A stretch of DNA of 63,724 nt, counting the filler, from Conidiobolus incongruus B7586 (lineage: Eukaryota), in NCBI GenBank assembly GCA_000697335.1. It is 21 parts of 21 records of this genome, joined end to end, with 100 filler letters (N's around TTAATTAATTAA, not from the genome) between each part and the next. Parts side by side here need not be neighbours in the genome. Positions count along the whole stretch, not along the records: positions 37,616 to 43,993 come from JNEM01005212.1; positions 44,094 to 51,504 come from JNEM01005213.1; 19 more parts are not named here. One strand, written 5' to 3'. Position numbers and translations under genes: made by a program. A model generated the notes under the pieces. It did no database searches and was not told the DNA's origin. It saw only the letters and a program-made list of their open reading frames with translations. Below, piece by piece: positions 38,816 through 51,270 of this stretch (position 1 is the stretch's first letter; every line of letters begins with the position of its first letter).

Positions 38816-41617
38816 ATCATAGATTTACAAAATATTTCTGAATAAGTTTAAATTCTAAAATTTAAGAGAATATTTTTAATTTTCAACTTTATATTACCGA
38901 AATTGTTTTTTGAAAATTGAATTCAAATAGCATTTTTTAGATTTCAATAGAATTTAAATTTCTTTTGATCTGTTTACATAAAGATATAATTCAATGCTAG
39001 TTAATTTATATAGTCTGAATAATCAGATAAAGGTTACAGTTCTAATCTGATAAATTTATATAATACCAGTTATTATTCCCACTTTAAACCACAAAATATG
39101 ATTTTTATATTCAAATTCTTCAGAATAAAAGTAGTTTATTTGGAATTAATTGATTATAAATCAATTAAATATTAAAATTAAAGACACAGATTTATATTGA
39201 TGATAATTTAAAGTTAATTATTTTATTTATTCAAAGTGTATTTTAAAAAATCTTAAAATATCAATTCATATTTTATAGAGCATGTTACATACTAAAATTA
39301 TTATTATTTTTATTATTTAATATTCATTTTATCATTAATATGTTACTAATTAATAATTCGTAATATATTCAATGAAATTTCAAAATTAGTTATTTCTATT
39401 AATTATATATTAGATTAGTTTGTAAAAGAATCATAAAAGTGTAAAATCTTCATTTTATAAGGCAACATAGTATATTAATTCAATAATTGGCAATGACTAG
39501 GATATTTATTAATAATATATAGATTAAAAATTATAAAATCTCCTTATATTATTGATCTTATCAAATAATATTGAAATTAACAAGTTGAAATATTAAATTG
39601 ATTTTTCCGTTATGTAATAAGAGATATTTGATAAATAACATTATGTTCAATAATATATATGATATTATAAATTATTATAAAATATAATTAATATAAATTT
39701 AAATTTTATCATTTTTGATATTGAAAATTATTTATAATTAAAAAATTCTATGAGCAATAAAATATTACAGAACTAAAAATCTAAATTTTATTAAAAAATT
39801 TAAAATAGACAATCAGATTAATTATAGTAAATATCAATATTAAAGAATTATTTAACTCTATTAAGCATCTAGTTTATATATATTAAATATGAGATTCATA
39901 ATTATAGAATTTAATACAATCCAATTTAAATCAACCTATGATTAATTTTTCAAACTCATAAATAGGAATCTAATCACATAAATATATAATCCAAGATATA
40001 AAGATTGGAAAATTCAATATTTGGTTATAATGATTGGTTAATTTTTTAAGAAATAAATCAAGGATATGTATCAATACAAAAGCATTGAAGTAGTGAATAT
40101 TTATTGAACAAGATTTAGATATAAACTACTATTGAAAGCATGAAAAATTGTTCAAATGGCCCGAGTGATTTGGTTTATTTTATAAGAAAATCAAGTAATT
40201 TAGCAAAAATTGAGTTTAAAAAAATATATTTTAAAAATTTTAATATATATTGAATTATATAATGATAATATTCATAGATTAATTTAACAAATAAAGCCAA
40301 TGGCGAAATTTAAGAAATTTTTGATAACACTTAATTATTCATTTATAGAAAATTTTATCAAATTAATTTTTTATTTTAAATAATATAATAACAAAATATA
40401 TTTATTATTATTATTATTATTATTTATGATTAAAGTTATATATAACTAAAATTTTAAAATAAATATAAATTTATTATTAAAATATCTTACATTTTACTGT
40501 TCAAAATTATCAATAACAATAAAAAATATAGCATGAAAACTCATTACAAACAGAACAATCATTAATAAAATGGGTGACTTATAATTACATTGGTATAATA
40601 TTATATTGAGTTAAATCAATGAGTTTAAAAAATATTGGGGTATATTGAAACATATAGTAAACCAAAAAATCATAAGTCATTACTAATAATTGGCGTTTAT
40701 CTTTGATCGAAATCATTACTATTTTAATTAGTCTCGTGCTTATAGATTTTTTTGGGAAGAATTTCAAGTGTTCTTCCCTGAATTGATAGACAAATAAATT
40801 TTCAAAATAATTTAAAATTGCTTATATAATATCAAAAAATTATAAATTAAAGCTAATAATTATATATTAATTACCTATTTTGGTATACTATAATAAAAGA
40901 TGTATTATCTTTCTTAAAATAGTATTTCTTATAATAAAATAATTCTTAATATCAGCTAATAACAATTGGTTAACTGATGATTTATAGTAAAAATAAAAGA
41001 TGGTTTTTTCTATTTTTGTATCAAAGAATCCTGATTACATTTATCCATTTGACTGAAACTAATGTATTTATTTTAAATATTGGATAATATTAGACTATAA
41101 AAGTTTGTTAATATTAGTTATTAAATTGTTATAAATTTTTTATTGACTATTTTAAAGTTTTAATATTTGCGGTTCTCTCAAGTTGGTAGTAACCATTCAC
41201 ATGCAATCAAGTTTTCAGGTGTTTTAACCATATACAAAAAGTCAGAGCTAAATTACATTGAAGTATTGTATTGGTCAATATTATAGTGAATGCGGTGACG
41301 TTTATATGATTAGTATGCTTTTGGGATAAGAGATGATCTCAAATGGCATCATTCTTTTTGGTTGGGGAACAACATCCCTTTATTACCGCTCTCTCCTAAA
41401 CTTCAATCTTCAATCTTTCTCCCAAATAGACAAAGTTCAGATTTATTCAAATTCATCGACACCGCCTATTTGAATGAGAAATCATCCAATCAAATTCAAT
41501 AATCGTAAATCAAAGATCACTTTTAATTTGTTAGACCTATAAATGGAATTAAGAGAACCCCTTTCCACCCCATGACTGTGACATCCACCCACCTAGAAAC
41601 ACCCCACTTTGATATAA

Positions 41618-41624
41618 TATAAAA
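41618..41624 (+). promoter_or_regulatory. TATA box of C2H2 gene
   Basis: TATAAAA within GC-rich promoter sequence, ~65 nt upstream of ATG 41687. Confidence 0.6.
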
Positions 41625-41686
41625 GGTGCTCCTGAACCTCGGAGGCCGAAGCCACCTTTTCCCCAGTCTGCCCATTTCCCTTTGTT

Positions 41687-42574
41687 ATGACTTTTAATCG
41701 GAGGATTATTGACTCTGATTCAATTTCATTTCGATCTTACTCTCCTTCAGCTCAAACTTCCAAATTTCATAACTCCGACAAATCAACATCTTTAAGTCCG
41801 CCTGTTATTCCATACGTGTCCAGCAAAGAATTAATTAAGCATTTACCTGATCAACTACACGATTTACCCCATCCAGTTAATCAAGTATCAGATCCAATTA
41901 ATTATAAATTAGATAGAAGGAACAGTGATAACCATTCTTATTCTCATTTGAACAATATGCCCAGAAAATCTCAAGAACCTCCTACCATCATGCCTAAGAA
42001 ACTAGCTCCAGCTCCTCTAAAGCCGTTGAAGTTTGGCAAAGATAGCTTCTTGCACACTCTTCCTATAACATCAACACTACCTCCAATCAGTAAGTTCATC
42101 AATCATCCCTTGTATGGAATCTTCGACAAAAGACCCTCTAGAAAGAATCCACAAACGCAAGCACAATCAACATCCAAGTCACCGTATATTTGCGTAACTT
42201 GTAATCTAACGTTTGGTAGAAAGAATAGTTTGCGTCGTCATGAACAACTCCACTCTGGAGTTAAACCCTTCCATTGTTCAGCTTGCAATCGCAGTTTCTC
42301 AAGGAAGGATATTTATATGAGACATTTAAACAGTAAAAGATGCCAAAAGATGAGTTCATTACGTCATCCAGACTCTTCAACAAATCCAGAAACAAATCAG
42401 GTTAACCAAGTCCCTGTCCAGCCTTCCCATAATGGTACAGCTTCAGGTTCATCTGAAGATGAATCCAATCCTAACATCACTCAGGAACAGGGTGAGCAGC
42501 TACAGGTTAAGGAAGGACCAGTAAACTCATCAGCTCTCTCAGAGATAAGTGAGTTAGTTCAACAAAAACAATAA
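41687..42574 (+). CDS. Two-finger C2H2 zinc-finger transcription factor
   Basis: YICVTCNLTFGRKNSLRRHEQLH, linker SGVKPF, then HCSACNRSFSRKDIYMRHLNSKRC, with disordered Ser/Pro-rich flanks. A possible terminal intron 42549-42592 (GTGAGT..CTTTAG) would change the last residues. Confidence 0.9.
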   Translation: MTFNRRIIDSDSISFRSYSPSAQTSKFHNSDKSTSLSPPVIPYVSSKELIKHLPDQLHDLPHPVNQVSDPINYKLDRRNSDNHSYSHLNNMPRKSQEPPTIMPKKLAPAPLKPLKFGKDSFLHTLPITSTLPPISKFINHPLYGIFDKRPSRKNPQTQAQSTSKSPYICVTCNLTFGRKNSLRRHEQLHSGVKPFHCSACNRSFSRKDIYMRHLNSKRCQKMSSLRHPDSSTNPETNQVNQVPVQPSHNGTASGSSEDESNPNITQEQGEQLQVKEGPVNSSALSEISELVQQKQ

Positions 42575-44093
42575 GACATCCTTATTCTTTAGGTGTGTGG
42601 ACATATTATTGGTCAAATTAGCAACAATAATAACGAAGTTATTTGATTGAATGAATTCAGAAAGTGAAGCAGATATAACTGCAAGTTCCACATATTAACT
42701 ATATCTAATCATAATACGATATCTCGCATAAATTCATTATCCATACATATACTATAATTAAAATAATATATTACCATATTTTTAAGAAATGATTGACCTA
42801 GTAAACCCAATAAACAGTAAAACCTATAACCACCATTCAATATATCAATACATACTAAAACCAAATGTTAAACAAGTCGCCCCACTATACCCTAAACATT
42901 ACTTGCAATGCTTCAAAATGTACCAGTTCAGTTTTATTTTAAAACTTTTATATTCACCTCTATTTTATTTTTAATCCAAAGTTTTTTTTACTCAAACAAC
43001 GTTTATAGCTATTAACAATATATTAAATCAATATAATATTATAGTGTATAAATTAATTTGTTTTTAAATTTCAATCAATGATTAATTGAAGTTTTATAAT
43101 TTTAATTTTATAATTTAATAATTAATTTCAGTATAATTTAATTATCAATATTTTAATTGAATCTGGAACCTCTGATTGGCGATCTACTTTTATAATAAAA
43201 ATTTTAATTTAAGTTTTTTATCATATATATATATATATTTCACTAAATATTTCATTTTAATATCTATAAATAATATACTATTTAATTAGTATAAAATGAA
43301 AAACTATTAAATATAATAATTTAAATTAATTTTTTTTCAATTATAATTTTAATTATTTAAAGTAATAAAGAGAGGTAAATAATTGAAAAAAAAGTTTTAT
43401 ATTTTTAATTAATTTTTATTAATTTAATATTAAATTAAATTTATTAAAAATATATATATTGATTAATTTAATAAGAAAAGTAACTTATTCATCTTTTATT
43501 ATCCCAATCACTAAGATTATGTCTTTATTATTCAACAATTTTAATATAAAATAAATGCTCATAGCATCTATTATTAGACCATAATTTGATTTTAGATGTA
43601 TGTTGGGTAATTTATGCTAATTCTATGGTTTGATAATTATTGCTTCTTGAATAAATTATATCCACATAGGTGATTTTTTTTGTAATATTATAAAAATAAT
43701 GATTTAACCTTTTAAGAGTATAGTACTATAATATTATGAAAATAATTATTAAAATATTTGTAAAAAAAATTTTACAAATAATAAATTTGGTTATATTAAT
43801 CAAATGTAATAATTTGTTAAAATATCAAAAAATAACATATTAAAATTTTTAACTTATAATTATGTATAAATATATTAACCATTATATTAATATATTATTA
43901 TTGAATCAGTACTAAATTTATTTTATTTACAGTTACTAATAAGACATAATCCTTAAATTCTAATAAAATTATATTTTATAAAGATAAATTAAANNNNNNN
44001 NNNNNNNNNNNNNNNNNNNNNNNNNNNNNNNNNNNNNTTAATTAATTAANNNNNNNNNNNNNNNNNNNNNNNNNNNNNNNNNNNNNNNNNNNN

Positions 44094-44981
44094 TATATCA
44101 TTTATATTAACTTAATTTTCTAATATTTTTAACTTTATCCATTATTTATATAATTAAGTTAAGTATTTTATATTATTATATTATCAAAAGAATAATTTTA
44201 TATTATATTAATAAAATAATAGCATGATTATTAAGTAAATATAAGACTTTAGTTTTTAAAAACTTATTATCTCTTATATAACCTATATTAATCAATATTT
44301 AATTAAGATAAAAATAACACAAAATATTTTAATTTAATTGAATAATATTTTCACCAAAATCAAAATTATATATTATCTCTGTAATATCTTTAAAAAAATG
44401 ATCTTTTTATAATAATTTTAAAAATTATTATATATTAGAAAAATATCATAAAAGTATGAAAAATCATTTTAATTTAATACTTATTAATGATTCAAAAAAT
44501 ATTCTATAATTAATGTTTTTATTTTTAGAAAAAATTATTTAAATTCAATAATTAACCTATTATACACTTAATTTGAAAAAAAATCTTTAAATAATTAACC
44601 TATCACAAAAATACAAACTTTTAAATATTTATAAAAATCTTTTAAAAATATTACTTAAAAAATCTAATTTTATTAACCATAAAAAAAAACCCAACTTAAA
44701 TAAAAACCTCTTTAAAATTACCTATTAAAAATATAACAATATATCAATAATTTTATTAAATATTATTATGAAAACAAATACATAAGTTATTATAAAACTT
44801 TAATCTTAAAATTAAATTCTAATTGAATAATACGAAATATTTTAATATTATTTCTTTAAATATTTGTAATTTAATAATTAAATTAATAAGACTTATTATT
44901 TGAAAATTAAATTTTATTATCAAAAAATTAAATTTTCAAAATTTATTTTTATTTACTTAAATATTTCTAATTATTAATATT
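44094..44981 (+). mobile_element. Older gypsy relative, gag region (left part), interrupted by the complete element
   Basis: Colinear with 45430-46320, e.g. TAAGACTTTAGTTTTTAAAA near 44242 and 45574, and AAAATACAAACTTTTAAATA near 44607 and 45936. Confidence 0.8.
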
Positions 44982-45378
44982 TATTAAAAAACTAGTTTTT
45001 TAAAATCTTATATATATTTTTATATAATTCAATTAACTATAAATTATATGATTAATTTATACTTTTATAGCTAAATTAACTATATAAATAATATTGAATT
45101 ATTTAATAGACTAGGTTTTTTATTCCCTTTCAATTCTTACCATTTCTTGTCTTTTATATTATTTCTAAGGTTGAAATTATACACTATTAATATTGTTATA
45201 TATTGGCACTATTTAATATATATCTTAATATATTAGTGACTTATTTTAGTTTAAAACTTAATTATACTTTATTTATATTTACATATTATAACTTTATCAT
45301 AGTATTATATTCTATATCACATTATTTTTATTTTAAGTTTACCTCTTTACTATATTAGTATTTACCACTATATTTATA
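44982..45378 (+). repeat. 5' LTR (397 bp)
   Basis: Direct repeat of 50605-51002. Starts TA (decayed TG) and is followed by PBS-like TAGTAACAG. Confidence 0.9.
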
Positions 45379-48300
45379 TAGTAACAGTAATAAAATTACT
45401 AAAAACCTATTAGAAATTAATAATTACCTGTATTAAGTTTATTTATTATTATTTTAAATTTTATTTATAATTTATTTTACTTTAATTTAATATTATACAT
45501 TATAATACCATTAAAAAAAGAGATATCCTTATATTATTTTGATAATGATAGTAATTTAATTACTAAGTATATTTAAGACTTTAGTTTTTAAAAGTTTATT
45601 ACTTTTTAAGAAGTTTATATTAGATAACTTCTGGTTAAGAAAAATATAACTCAAAAAGTTAAAATCTAATAAAATAGCTATTTTATTATTATTAACATAT
45701 TAAATCACTTATTCAATATTTTTAATGATAAACTAACTATTTATTATAATTCTAAAAACCTCTATAAGCTTTAAAACTACCTTAAAAATATAATGAACTA
45801 TTTTAATTTAATTCCTAATAAAAATTTAAAAAATATCTTTAAATTAGCTATTTTTTTAGAAAATCTACTTAAACTTGGTAGTTAATCTTTTATAAGTTTA
45901 ATCTTAAAAAGTTTGTAGAGGGATAGTTTATTATAAAAATACAAACTTTTAAATAGTTGGAAAAAATATTTAAACAAAGATATAACCTAAAAATCAAGTT
46001 TGATTAACAAGAGAAAAGCTTTCTTAACTTAAATAAAAAATTTTTACAAGGTAATTAATTAAGAAATTCAATAAGATATATTTAAACATATTAAATATCA
46101 CTAAAGAAAAATAAATCTACAAACTATTATAATGTTTTAATCTTTAAATAGAACTTTAATTAGTTAACAAGGAATATAGTGATAATATATCTTTTACTAA
46201 CATTTATAATACAGTAATTATAATTGATGGTATTTTTTACTTTATAACTAAATGTTCCCATCTTAAAAATTAATCTTTTAAAACCTACTCTAGCCTACTT
46301 AAATCTTAAATGATAAATGTGTCTGCTTTAAAGCTTTATAAAAAAACTTTTAATAAATAAGCTAAATCCTATTTAAAAGTAAATAAAAGCTATTACTATT
46401 GTTGAAAAACTTAAGTTAATTATATAGTTAATATATATCCCCTAAAAAATTATATCTGTTTAATTCTTAACAATCTTAATTTACCAACCATAAATCAAGC
46501 TTGAATAATATTAATATAATCTTAAAATTACCTTTTTTATAATTAATTAGCAAACTTGAATCTAATCCACAAAAGCTTTAATAAACTAATGATTCTACAA
46601 ATTAAATTATATATAATAGAGAGATTTAACTAATTAAAACACTAGAAACTAAAAAGATTCTAGTAACTATTTTTCTTATAATTTTTTACCATTAACTATC
46701 ATCTTATTGTTTGTTTTAATAGATATTTTATATATATCCTTATTATTGTTTTAATTAACTCTAGTTGTTTTAATTGTATTTTCTCTTTTTTTATTATTAT
46801 AAAACTATCTTTACCTATTTAAAAAAGCAACTTAATAATCAAATATACTAATAATTTAATAGAACAAATATTCAACATTATATTTAAACATTTATCATTA
46901 CCTCTTAACGATTCTTAATATATTAAATTCTTGGTAACATTAGTTATAATTTTATACTAAGTTAAAAATAATTTAAATATTATAATATTTATTTATAAAT
47001 ATTACTCTAAAAAGTCAAAATCTATTTTTTTATATTCTAAAAAAAATTAATAGAATTAAATTTAAAAAATATTTATTATTTTATTATAAGACTGTTAAAT
47101 ACTTTACCTAATACTAACTTTATATTTGTATTAAATAATTCTATTATTATAAGTAAAAACCAATATAAAAAACTAATTAAAAACTTTAATAATCTATAAT
47201 GATATATATTTATTAATTTTACTTCTATTAGTACTTTATCTATTAATTTCAAAAAGTTATAATTAATAATTATTTTTTATATAATATAAAAAGTTAACTT
47301 ACTAATGTTTTAAATTTATAAATAAATTACCTCTTAAATATAAAATTAAACATAAAATTAAACTTCTCTTAAATACTCAACTATACTTAAATCTTACTTA
47401 CCATTTATCTTGTAAATAATATTAAACCTTAAAAGATGAAATCTAAAAATTATTTGAAAATAAATATTGTTATAGATTGGGAAGTCTATTCACCTTTTAA
47501 TTTTAATTATCTATTAAGATTCTAGATGTAATCCACTTATAAATATCAGCAACAACCTTTGTATAATAGAAAATTCTAGACTATAGGAAAAGTTAGAGCC
47601 TTAATATATTAGAAAAAAATTAACCACACTATAAAATAGTTAGTGGATAGATATTTACTAAGGGATCACTTTAATCAAAACTAAGCCTTAAATCTTGTTA
47701 TTTTAATAAAACTCCTCTAAAATATCTAGTTAACTATCTTTAGCCTATTTTATCAAGCTTATATAATCTTTATTATAAGACTACTTTTTAGAAGCCTTGT
47801 AATATATTAAACCTTCTTTTTTACCTTAAAAATCTCTTATTTATTTATACAAAGGCTAATGGTGGATAAAAACTATATATTGATAATTATGTTTAAAACT
47901 CTAAAACTATCAAGGATAAAACTTTATTATTAAACCTATATAATATTAAGGATAAATTATTTAAATCCATTATATTCACTAAATTAGATATTAGAAATAA
48001 TTATTACAATATTAGAGTTAAAGAATATTCTATTTTTTTAACTAATTTTAATATTCTACTAAGTTATTATAAATTTACTATTATAAATTTTAGATTGTAT
48101 AATATCTTTGTAACTCTCACTTAATATATCTATTCTTTTTTTAACCCTGTATTTAATAACTTTATTATTATTTAACTTGATAATATCTTAATTTATTTAA
48201 TATCTAAAACAGAAAACATCTAATATATTAATTAGGTTTTACAAATTATTCAAAAATATAAATTATTTTTAAAGTTATCAAAATATATTTTTAGAGTTTT

Positions 48301-50604
48301 TTTATCCTCCTCTAAAGTTATATTGTTTTTTCTTATGGAATTAACATTGATTTAACTAAACTTAATAGTGTAAAAGCTTTTACGAAATTTATATATTAAG
48401 ATCAACTTATGTTTATACTTAAATTATTAAATTATTTTAAAATTTCATTGATTCTTTTGTTAAAAATATAATTTCTCTAACTATTCTCTTAAGAAAAAAC
48501 TTTTCTTATGTATAAACACTATTATATACACTTTACATAAAGGCTTTAATTTTTTATATTATTAATATTCTTGCTTTATTTATTCTTTATCTTAAACTAC
48601 CTATTATTATTTTTATCAAATTTAATTCTTTTATAATTAATAATTAATTAACTTAATTTAAATTTAATATATATTTTATCCATTAAATATAGGATAATAT
48701 AATAAATAAAAGAGAATAAGTTGAGTTTAACCTTAAAAATATTACCTTAAAGCTAAAAATATTCTAGTTAAGAAAAATAAAGCTAGCTAAACTAAAATAC
48801 CTAGTTTATAAGTAAAAACTCTTTACTTTAATAGAAATAATCAAAAATCATATGTATTTTTAATTTAGCAATTTTTTCTTAATACTTATAGATCACAAAT
48901 TACTTATCTATCTAAATACTCAAAAGCATTTATTAAGAAGATAAGTTAAATAGATTAGAACTATCTAAGCTTATTTTTTCTTTGTCTAATATCTCTTAGA
49001 TTAATAAAATAATGTTGTAAATACTTTATTAAGAAATCTTATATACCTATCTTTTTATTCTAAAAATAAAAACCCTGTAAATATTAACTTAATTATTATT
49101 AATAAAGGAAATAAAAAATTTATTAATCTATGTTAAGAAATATTACCAAATAATATTTTTTATTTCAATTCAAAAAAACTTTCTAAACTATTAGAAAATT
49201 AATTAAAATATGTCAAATGATTTAAAATCATTAATAACTTACTATTTATAATAATTTTCTATATATCTATAATATTCTAAAGATCTAATAAGCAATATTT
49301 AATAAATGTTATAATTTACTTATTAAAGGAAATTATAAATAGTTAAAGACTGCTAAAAGAATTCAAATAAAATATTACTAACCCTTGTTAATTTAATTAA
49401 TTTAGAAATACACTAATATCTATGATATATGCTAAAGAACTAAATATAATACCTAACTAAAATATAATAAACTTACTCCCTTATAGATCCCTAATGAAAC
49501 TTAATAATAAATCTAGCTTAATTTACAAAAATTCCTAAATCAACAACTAGTTATGATAACTTACTAATTATAATTAATTTATTTTTTAAATATATTTATT
49601 TTATTTACTATTTTTAAACTTTAAGAGTTAAAAATATTACATAACTATTATTCTTTAATATCTTTACCTATTATAAAATTCCACAAACTATTTTATCTAT
49701 TAAAAATATATAATTCAACTCCTAATTTTAAAAGTTACTATCCTTTTCACTTAAGATTAATCTAACTATATTTACTACCAATTATCACTAATATAATAAA
49801 TTTGCTAAAAGAACTATCAAAACCATAAAGAAAATAATTAGAGCTTATATTAACACTAATCAGTTAAATTAGAATACTTATATTTACCAACTTGAATATT
49901 TATTCAATATTTTTATTAACAGATTAATAAGTTTTAACCTTTATTTTATTAATTAAAATAAACATCCTAACATAATAATTGCTACAAAACTTTAAATAAA
50001 CTTACATTTAGAAATAATTGAATTTAAATTTAATATCAAATATATCAATTCCCTTGTTAAATTTAACATGGAAAAAAACCAAGGGATTATAGAATAATAA
50101 TATTTAAAATTATCTAGAAATCCTCTTAAATATAAAACTAGAATGTTTTATACTTTGAACAATCTGCTTTTAAACCTATCTTACTCAAATCTATTATAAA
50201 TATAAAATATTTGTTATTATATTATTGTCCCTATAATATTTAATCTATTGATTTAATTTTTGAAAATATTACCTTAGAATTATCTCTAATTTTGAGAATC
50301 AACTTTGCCTTTCATATATACAAAATCAAACCTTATTTTAAAGATTTTAACACTTTTTTGAATTGATTCAAAGTTTTAAAACTAGATCTAATTATTAATT
50401 AAGATAAAAAAGAATATTATATTAATTATATAATTAAATCTAAACTTATTAGGAATAAGCTTTATTTTTATCTAAAATAAATAGGTTATCTTATTTAAGA
50501 AGCTATATAAAAACCTTTAAAAAATATTAAGAATATTTCAGCCTATTATATTTATTTGTATAAATCTTAAAAATGTGTCTCCTTTAAGAAATTTACTAAG
50601 AGAG

Positions 50605-51002
50605 TGTTAAGAGATTGGATTTTTAAATTTTTATATATACTTTTATAAAATTCAATTAACTATAAATTATATAATTAATTTATATTTTTATAGCTAAGTT
50701 AATTATATTAATAATATTAAATTATCTAATAAACTAGGTTTTTCTTTTCCCACTAAACTCTTATTATTTTTTATCTTTTACCTTAATTTTAAGACTGAAA
50801 CTATATTTAATCAATATTATAATATATTAGCACTAGCTAATATAAATCTTTATATATTGGTGACTTATCCTAGTTTGAAGTTTAATTAAACTTTGTTTAT
50901 ATTTGCATATTAAAATTATATTATAGTACTATATTCTATGTCACACTATTTTGATATTAAGTCTTCCTTTGTATTATATTGGTATTTACCACCATACTTA
51001 TA
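50605..51002 (+). repeat. 3' LTR (398 bp)
   Basis: Starts TG after the purine run AAGAGAG, ends TA (decayed CA) and is followed by the TSD ATATT. Confidence 0.9.
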
Positions 51003-51270
51003 ATATTTCTGTTTTAAAATTTTAAAACATATTTTTAACTAAAATATAAATATTTATTTATTTAAATCAAAATTATTATTAATATTCAATAATTTAAATT
51101 AATTATCAAGTTGAAATTAATTTTAAAGATATAATATCAATTTAATCAATAATTTTATTAATTTATTAATTTTTGATACAATATAAATAATGTTAATATA
51201 TACTTAAAATCAATTTTTTTATAATTAATTAAGAGTTTTATTTCAATCCAAACAAACTTTAATAAAATAA
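51003..51270 (+). mobile_element. Older gypsy relative, gag region (right part, resumes after the nested insertion)
   Basis: TCTGTTTTAAAATTTT...AATTTAAATTAATTATCAAGTT matches TCTGCTTTAAAGCTTT...AACTTAAGTTAATTATATAGTT at 46322-46429. Confidence 0.7.

Larger units (their letters stand above)
44982..51002 (+). mobile_element. Complete dead Ty3/gypsy chromovirus LTR retrotransposon (6021 bp)
   Basis: Paired LTRs and a 5-bp ATATT target duplication (44977-44981 and 51003-51007). Decayed RT: KANGG*KLYIDN (~47852), FTKLDIRNNYY (47975), LDNILIY (48176). Integrase region ~49550-49830, chromodomain 50412-50528 and a purine tract before the 3' LTR. Confidence 0.93.

Noticed and set aside
40585..42974. 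ORFs 40585-40767 and 42789-42974
   Set aside because: Short and motif-less, lying in the upstream region and probable 3' UTR of the C2H2 gene.
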